Part shown: positions 59,101-64,000 of the stretch, one piece after another
Layout of the letters: every line of letters begins with the position of its first letter
How positions within the stretch are numbered: position 1 is the stretch's first letter
Notes under the pieces: generated by a model
What the model was told of the DNA's origin: nothing
The model's input: the letters and a program-made list of their open reading frames with translations, nothing else
The model's database searches: none
DNA from: Candidatus Sumerlaeales bacterium
GTDB taxonomy: Bacteria; Sumerlaeota; Sumerlaeia; Sumerlaeales; Sumerlaeaceae
Reading direction: 5' to 3'
DNA length: 64,000 nt
Assembly: GCA_038243585.1 (NCBI GenBank)
Contig: JBBSQY010000010.1
Span: forward strand, 1-64,000
Made by a program: the position numbers and the translations under genes

Positions 59101-62100
59101 AATATTGCCGGTCAACGTACCGCATTTATCTGCCGCACAAATCCGCTTTCTTGAGATTCGGGCACGAAAGATCTGGCGTTTTTTCGAAACATTCAGCGGG
59201 TCTGATAACAATTGGATTCCAGTTGATAATTACCAGGAATACCCCGTTACAGCCACGGCGCGACGTACGTCTCCCACGAATATTGGAATGGGGCTGGTCG
59301 CAAACATCGCAGCTCATGAGTTCGCCTATATTTCTACAGGAATGTTACTCGAGCGCACCGCCAACACTTTAAATACCATGCAGCGCATGGAGAAGTTTCG
59401 CGGACATTTCTTTAACTGGTACGATACTGTGTCGCTCCAGCCTTTAATGCCGAAATACGTTTCTTCTGTAGACAGCGGAAACCTTGCCGGGCATTTGCTC
59501 GTTTTGCGTCAGGGGCTGCTCGCCCTTCAGGAAAAAGCGGTGTTGTGTCCGCAACTTCGCAATGGGGTTGCTCACACCTTACAGGTCATCGTAGATGTCA
59601 TCAATAGCAGATCATCTGAGACATCAAAACCGATTCCTCCAGAATTGCTGGTTCGGTTAAAATCACTGGAAAATCAGCTGGCAAACCCTTGCGCTGGAAT
59701 TGCTGAAGCAAAACACCTGCTTACGCTCTTATCCGTTGAAGCAGCCTCTCTTTTCCAAACCTTTGGTCAGGGACTGGATAGCGAAACCTCATACTGGCTT
59801 GATGCTTTTCAGCACCAGTGTAATGATCTTGTTGCAGACTTGGAGCGCTCTGCTCCATGGACTGAGCTGGTTAAAGAATTAACGGATGTTATTGAGACTC
59901 AGTACTCCGATGATGTTACAAAGCGTGATCTACGGGATTTTTTAATCAATCTGAACGGTCACATTTCTTTGTCTGGACTTGCAAATTTAAGAAACATCGA
60001 TCTGCAGTTTTTGAAAACCGCCCCGGCACAGGACTCCAACTCAGACTCACCAATCGCTGCATTATTGCAGCAGCTAAATGAAGTCCTGCTAGCGGCCAGC
60101 GACGAAGCGTCTTCAACCATTAAAGAAATAACAACTCTGGCGGATCTTTCCGGACAGCTGGCAAACTTTGAATGGGATTTCCTATACGACAAGTCGAGAA
60201 GTCTTCTTACAATCGGGTACAATGTTGATGAAGTTCGTCGTGATGAAAGCTTTTACGATCTGCTTGCCTCAGAATCCCGGCTCGGTAGTTTTGTCGGTAT
60301 TGCTCAGGGGCATTTCCCGCAAAAGCATTGGTTTTCTCTAGGACGGCAGCTCACAACCTCTGGTGGACAGGCGGCTTTGCTTTCCTGGAGCGGCTCTATG
60401 TTCGAGTACCTTATGCCTAACCTGGTCATGCCCAGCTATGATAGTACTTTGCTGGAGGAAACTTGCAGAGCTGTTGTAGACAGGCAGATAGAATACGGCC
60501 GCCAGCGCGGCGTGCCGTGGGGGATTTCAGAATCCGGATATAACGTTGTCAATACCCAGCTGGACTATCAGTACAAGGCTTTTGGTGTGCCAGGACTTGG
60601 ACTGAAACGCGGCCTATCAAAGGATTTGGTCATTGCCCCTTATGCCTCCATGCTGGCGCTGATGATTGAGCCTGAGAAGGCATGTGAAAATATAGAACGA
60701 ATGGTTCTTCAAGGTGCTGAAGGTGCCTACGGGATGTACGAAGCGATTGACTATACCAGCGCTCGCGTGCCTCGCGGCCAGGCGTTTGCCATGGTGAGGT
60801 CATTTATGTCACATCACCAGGGCATGAGCTTTCTTTCCCTGGCCTATATCCTCCTGAATCGTCCGATGCAGAAGCTATTTGCCATGGATCCCAATTTTCG
60901 TGCGACAGAGCTCCTGCTGCAAGAGCGAATTCCTCAAATTTCCCCGTTTTATCCTCACACAGTAGAGGTGGAAAATATAAGGACCGGCTCGTCTTCTGAA
61001 GAAGATTTAGTCGGCATCTTTAATACGCCAGACACGCAGGTTCCGGTAGTTCAGTTATTGTCCAATGGTCGCTACCACGTTGTTGTTACGGCAGCAGGTG
61101 GTGGATATAGCAGATGGAACGACATGGCTGTTTCGCGATGGAGAGAAGATCCCACTTGCGACAATTGGGGCCAGTTCTGTTATATCCGAGATGTCGAATC
61201 TGGAGAGTTCTGGTCTACGACTCACCACCCCACGCTAAAAACGACCCGCCGATACACAGCAATCTTTTCGCCGGGGCGTGCAGAATTCAGGCGCGTTGAC
61301 AAGGACATCGAAGCCTACACAGAGATCGTAGTATCTTCCGATGACGACTTTGAATTGCGCCGCACAACTATTACCAACCGCTCTCTCACGCTGCGCAATA
61401 TTGAAGTGACAAGCTATTCTGAAATTGTACTTGCACCCCAGGCTTCGGACGAAACCCACCCCGCGTTCAGCAATCTTTTTGTCGAAACAGAAATTGTTCC
61501 GACACACAACGCCATACTCTGCACTCGCCGGAAACGGTCCCCGGAAGAACACCATCCTTGTATGGTGCACATTATGGCAGTTCATTCTGCAAACATAGGT
61601 CCAGCTTCTTACGAAACTGATAGAACTAAGTTTATCGGACGTGGAAATAGCGTTGCAAATCCGGTAGCCATGAAGGTCCCATCCGCACTGTCAGGAAGCG
61701 ATGGCCCCGTGTTGGATCCCATCGTCTCAGTCCGGCGCACTGTTACCCTGGAACCTGGCGAAATCGCCATTGTAGATATTATTACCGGAATTAGTGAATC
61801 TCGCGAGCTTGCGCTGGACTTTCTCGGTCGATATCAGGATCGACATCAGGCAGATCGGACCATCGAACTTTCCTGGACTCACGAGCGCATACTGTTTCGC
61901 CACCTTGCTTTATCCCGGAGCGTTCTACAGATATATCAGCAGCTGGCTAGCGCTGTGATTTTTGTCAGCAAAGCGTATCGGGCGCCAACGGCTACCCTTG
62001 AACTGAACAAGCGAGCGCAGCCAGGTCTGTGGTCGCTAGGCATATCCGGTGATCTACCCATTGTCCTGCTACGTGTGGAGGATATGGCCCACCTGGCTTT

Positions 62101-64000
62101 GGTCCGCGAAACCCTTCACGTTCATGCCTACTGGCATGAAATGGGATTAAAAACCGATCTCGTTATCTTAAACGAAGACCGCTCTGGATATAGACAGTTA
62201 CTCCACGATGAGTTACTAGGGCTGATAGCTATAAGTGGTGAGCTGATTGACCGCCCCAGCGGGATTTTTCTGCGCCATAGCGATCAGATGACTGAGGATG
62301 ATCGAGTACTGCTGCAAGTCGCATCGCGGGTAATCCTTAGTGGCAACGATGGCTCGCTGGCCAATCATGCGGAACGGCGTCGTGCTAAGAATCCTGTCAT
62401 TCCCAAACTGGAAAGATCGTTTAGGGCACGCCAGGATGATCCACCACCCATGCAGCCGCCTTTCCGCGAGCTTTCCTTCTATAACGGATTTGGTGGGTTT
62501 ACTCCCGATGGACGCGAATACGTCATTACAACTGACAGAAGAATCCGTACTCCAGCGCCTTGGGTTAACGTAATTGCAAACCCATACTTTGGTACCGTTG
62601 TTACAGAAAGCGGAGGTGGATACACCTGGCGGGAAAATGCCCATGAGTATCGTTTAACCCCATGGTCAAATGATCCCGTCAGTGACTCAACAGGTGAAGC
62701 TATCTACATTCGTGACGAAGAGACTGGATCGCTGTGGTCACCAACACCATTGCCGGCTCGCAGCACAAACTCTTATGTCACACGCCATGGGTTTGGCTAC
62801 ACGGTATTTGAGCATGAGTACCAGGGTATCATTACAGAGCTTTGGATTTATGTCGCAATGGATGCTGGAGTAAAATTCTCAGCGCTTAAGATACGCAACG
62901 CCTCTGGTAGACCCCGTCGGCTGTCTACGACTGCCTACGTAGAATGGGTGCTTGGAGAACTGCGTCGAAAGACCATGATGCACGTCAAAACCGAAGTGGA
63001 CTTACAGACCGGTGCGCTATTCGCCACCAACCCGTATAACTCAGAAATGGGAGATCGCGTAGCGTTTCTGGATGTAAACGTCCGCGAGCGTACCGTCACT
63101 GGCGACCGAACCGAATTCCTCGGCCGAAACGGAACAATGAGAAAGCCGGCAGCGCTTTCTCGTGTGCGGCTATCGAACAGGACCGGTCTTGCAATGGATC
63201 CTTGTGGCACCATTCAGGTGAAGTTGGATCTCGCAGACGGAGAAACTCGTGATATCGTTTTTCTTTTAGGGGCGGGGCGCGACAGGGATGACGCACGGGC
63301 ACTGGTGGAGCGATTCAACAAATTTGAACAGCCGCTCCAGGTCCTGGATAGCGTCTGGCAATACTGGAATAATACATTGGGCGGCATTAACATCGTAACA
63401 CCCGACAAATCCGTCGACCTCCTCGCCAATGGCTGGCTTCTATACCAATCCATTTCTTCGCGGATGTGGGGCCGAAGCGGCTTCTACCAATCCGGCGGAG
63501 CTTTTGGATACCGCGATCAGTTGCAGGATGCTATGGCACTTATCCATGTGCAGCCGGTCCAGTTGCGCGACCATCTTTTGCTGAGCGCAGGCCGTCAATT
63601 CCTTGAAGGCGATGTTCAGCACTGGTGGCACCCCCCTGCTGGACGAGGGGTTCGCACCCATTGCTCAGACGACCTCTTGTGGCTGCCTCTGGCCGTGTGC
63701 AGGTATGTAGATGCCATTGGAGATACTGGCATACTGGACGAACAGATAGAGTATCTGCAAGCGCCGCTTTTGGATCAGAACCAAGAAGCTCATTATGACC
63801 TTCCGGCACAATCTGGCCAGTCAGGCTCTCTATATGACCATTGTGTAAGGGCCCTCGAAAAAGGTCTGACTTCCGGCGCTCATGGTCTGCCGCTGATTGG
63901 TGGATGCGACTGGAACGACGGCATGAACCTGGTAGGTGCAGAAGGTAAGGGAGAGAGCGTGTGGCTGGCATTCTTCCTATACGACATCCTTCATAAATTC
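56117..64000 (+). CDS. ndvB: cyclic beta-1,2-glucan synthase (GT84 + cyclization + GH94 domains), runs off window
   Basis: One reading frame from ATG 56117 (or 56141) to the window end, with no stopped ORF of this frame in the track; RERKRGKL, TLDTDT, GKGIYDV, LSHDLIEG, RWIRGDWQ, TSPTNIG, YDLLASESRL, SWSGSMFEYLMP, GAFGYRDQLQD and DWNDGMN motifs. Confidence 0.92.
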   Translation, partial: MPLTIPPSMKARFRQRSDADKLVRQFGIEQPLNQELLSTQQLGQQARLLAQAHKISDAHRPDQLLPRLSQNEAVLLRTHKIIASAAEQGSEISTIAEWLLDNFHLIEGQIRKARLHLPKSYSRELPRLLNGTHRVYDIVLKLISHSDARLDAENLAWFISEYQQVTSLKLGELWAIPIMLRLGLIENLRRIASKITARHVEYEKAVYWANRLMEQAETDRIKLVVKVAELAMSDVTLESAFVTEFTRRLQGQATEQTFTLAWLDQQLAQKNTSVRQLVQLENHAQAAEQLSISNCIASLRSLDAIDWRDFVESLSYVEKTLRNDPADVYKNSDFSTRDTYRHAIESVSRYSQSTEVEVAELAVKLATDAAIDGIESARKGHVGYYLVGPGLKQLHQAVRARPGFLSNAGDLSRNHALFLYLFSVIALATIVTFFILTSPLGNVSTWLATLLGIATLFLTIQIALDIVNRAAMHIVKPRRLPRMNFEHEIPSEFTTLVTVPTLLTNTQSVEELLEGLEVRFLANRQENIYFSLLTDFPDAPQGQMPGDAELLAQTVTGIESLNEKYGSTNHESPFYLFHRPRLWNNQENVWMGRERKRGKLSDLNALLRGERNGAFAKTVGDIQVLQAVKFVITLDTDTLLPRDSARELIGTLAHILNLPEINESTGCVRHGYGILQPRISTDLPSRSKTIFHNLYGGQPGIDPYTQTVSDVYQDLFYEGSFIGKGIYDVDAFQIALENRLPDNRILSHDLIEGCYARSGLLSDVQLYESYPLRYATDVSRRRRWIRGDWQISLWAFSSPPDKDGNPVCNPLHGISRWKIFDNLRRSVQPAAMTMLFFLAWLTPVPYIWTATIIALLSAPYILTSIINLLKKPVDLPFTVHASRGIKDLLRHVGQLLFSITMLPFEAAFSLDSIFRSLVRMLVTKQHLLEWTTSIDAERSAKSTLTASLYQMSVAPVITIVIGIVIWLFNPHALPVAAPFLIGWFFSPVVAWWVSRILPVNVPHLSAAQIRFLEIRARKIWRFFETFSGSDNNWIPVDNYQEYPVTATARRTSPTNIGMGLVANIAAHEFAYISTGMLLERTANTLNTMQRMEKFRGHFFNWYDTVSLQPLMPKYVSSVDSGNLAGHLLVLRQGLLALQEKAVLCPQLRNGVAHTLQVIVDVINSRSSETSKPIPPELLVRLKSLENQLANPCAGIAEAKHLLTLLSVEAASLFQTFGQGLDSETSYWLDAFQHQCNDLVADLERSAPWTELVKELTDVIETQYSDDVTKRDLRDFLINLNGHISLSGLANLRNIDLQFLKTAPAQDSNSDSPIAALLQQLNEVLLAASDEASSTIKEITTLADLSGQLANFEWDFLYDKSRSLLTIGYNVDEVRRDESFYDLLASESRLGSFVGIAQGHFPQKHWFSLGRQLTTSGGQAALLSWSGSMFEYLMPNLVMPSYDSTLLEETCRAVVDRQIEYGRQRGVPWGISESGYNVVNTQLDYQYKAFGVPGLGLKRGLSKDLVIAPYASMLALMIEPEKACENIERMVLQGAEGAYGMYEAIDYTSARVPRGQAFAMVRSFMSHHQGMSFLSLAYILLNRPMQKLFAMDPNFRATELLLQERIPQISPFYPHTVEVENIRTGSSSEEDLVGIFNTPDTQVPVVQLLSNGRYHVVVTAAGGGYSRWNDMAVSRWREDPTCDNWGQFCYIRDVESGEFWSTTHHPTLKTTRRYTAIFSPGRAEFRRVDKDIEAYTEIVVSSDDDFELRRTTITNRSLTLRNIEVTSYSEIVLAPQASDETHPAFSNLFVETEIVPTHNAILCTRRKRSPEEHHPCMVHIMAVHSANIGPASYETDRTKFIGRGNSVANPVAMKVPSALSGSDGPVLDPIVSVRRTVTLEPGEIAIVDIITGISESRELALDFLGRYQDRHQADRTIELSWTHERILFRHLALSRSVLQIYQQLASAVIFVSKAYRAPTATLELNKRAQPGLWSLGISGDLPIVLLRVEDMAHLALVRETLHVHAYWHEMGLKTDLVILNEDRSGYRQLLHDELLGLIAISGELIDRPSGIFLRHSDQMTEDDRVLLQVASRVILSGNDGSLANHAERRRAKNPVIPKLERSFRARQDDPPPMQPPFRELSFYNGFGGFTPDGREYVITTDRRIRTPAPWVNVIANPYFGTVVTESGGGYTWRENAHEYRLTPWSNDPVSDSTGEAIYIRDEETGSLWSPTPLPARSTNSYVTRHGFGYTVFEHEYQGIITELWIYVAMDAGVKFSALKIRNASGRPRRLSTTAYVEWVLGELRRKTMMHVKTEVDLQTGALFATNPYNSEMGDRVAFLDVNVRERTVTGDRTEFLGRNGTMRKPAALSRVRLSNRTGLAMDPCGTIQVKLDLADGETRDIVFLLGAGRDRDDARALVERFNKFEQPLQVLDSVWQYWNNTLGGINIVTPDKSVDLLANGWLLYQSISSRMWGRSGFYQSGGAFGYRDQLQDAMALIHVQPVQLRDHLLLSAGRQFLEGDVQHWWHPPAGRGVRTHCSDDLLWLPLAVCRYVDAIGDTGILDEQIEYLQAPLLDQNQEAHYDLPAQSGQSGSLYDHCVRALEKGLTSGAHGLPLIGGCDWNDGMNLVGAEGKGESVWLAFFLYDILHKF

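Noticed and set aside
56290..63971. Many short ORFs suggesting a non-coding or decayed region
   Set aside because: All are alternative-frame shadows of one long cgs/ndvB frame that has no stop inside the window

Overview
Bacterial chromosomal window of about 45 CDSs, with no rRNA, tRNA, CRISPR array or transposase found. Housekeeping genes (ispF/ispD, rpsB with its t44-like leader, tmk, kdsB, sdhB, waaA, ettA, dapB) are mostly separated from their usual operon partners. They are interleaved with surface-polysaccharide genes (nucleotide-sugar dehydrogenase, GT4s, a heparinase II/III-like protein, an AsnB-like amidotransferase), larB-larC, and a sigma54 two-component pair. A large carbohydrate-catabolism region holds a GH99-like protein, a secreted Gfo/Idh/MocA + 2x DUF6807/PmoA-like + enolase-superfamily operon, and an OYE/enolase/NRAMP-like/GH88/SDR cluster; a GH78 gene lies earlier in the window. 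The window ends with ackA, a short phosphoketolase relic and a >7.8 kb cyclic beta-1,2-glucan synthase gene missing from the ORF track. The most notable element is a cobalamin riboswitch in front of a two-gene operon: a secreted protein ending in a W-x-L-Y tail plus a prepilin-type protein, with no btuB/btuFCD nearby. This is a candidate unconventional B12-capture system. The pilin and C-terminal motif styles suggest a Sumerlaeota (BRC1)-like or PVC-related host, which is inference only. Family assignments come from motif recognition; no database searches were run.
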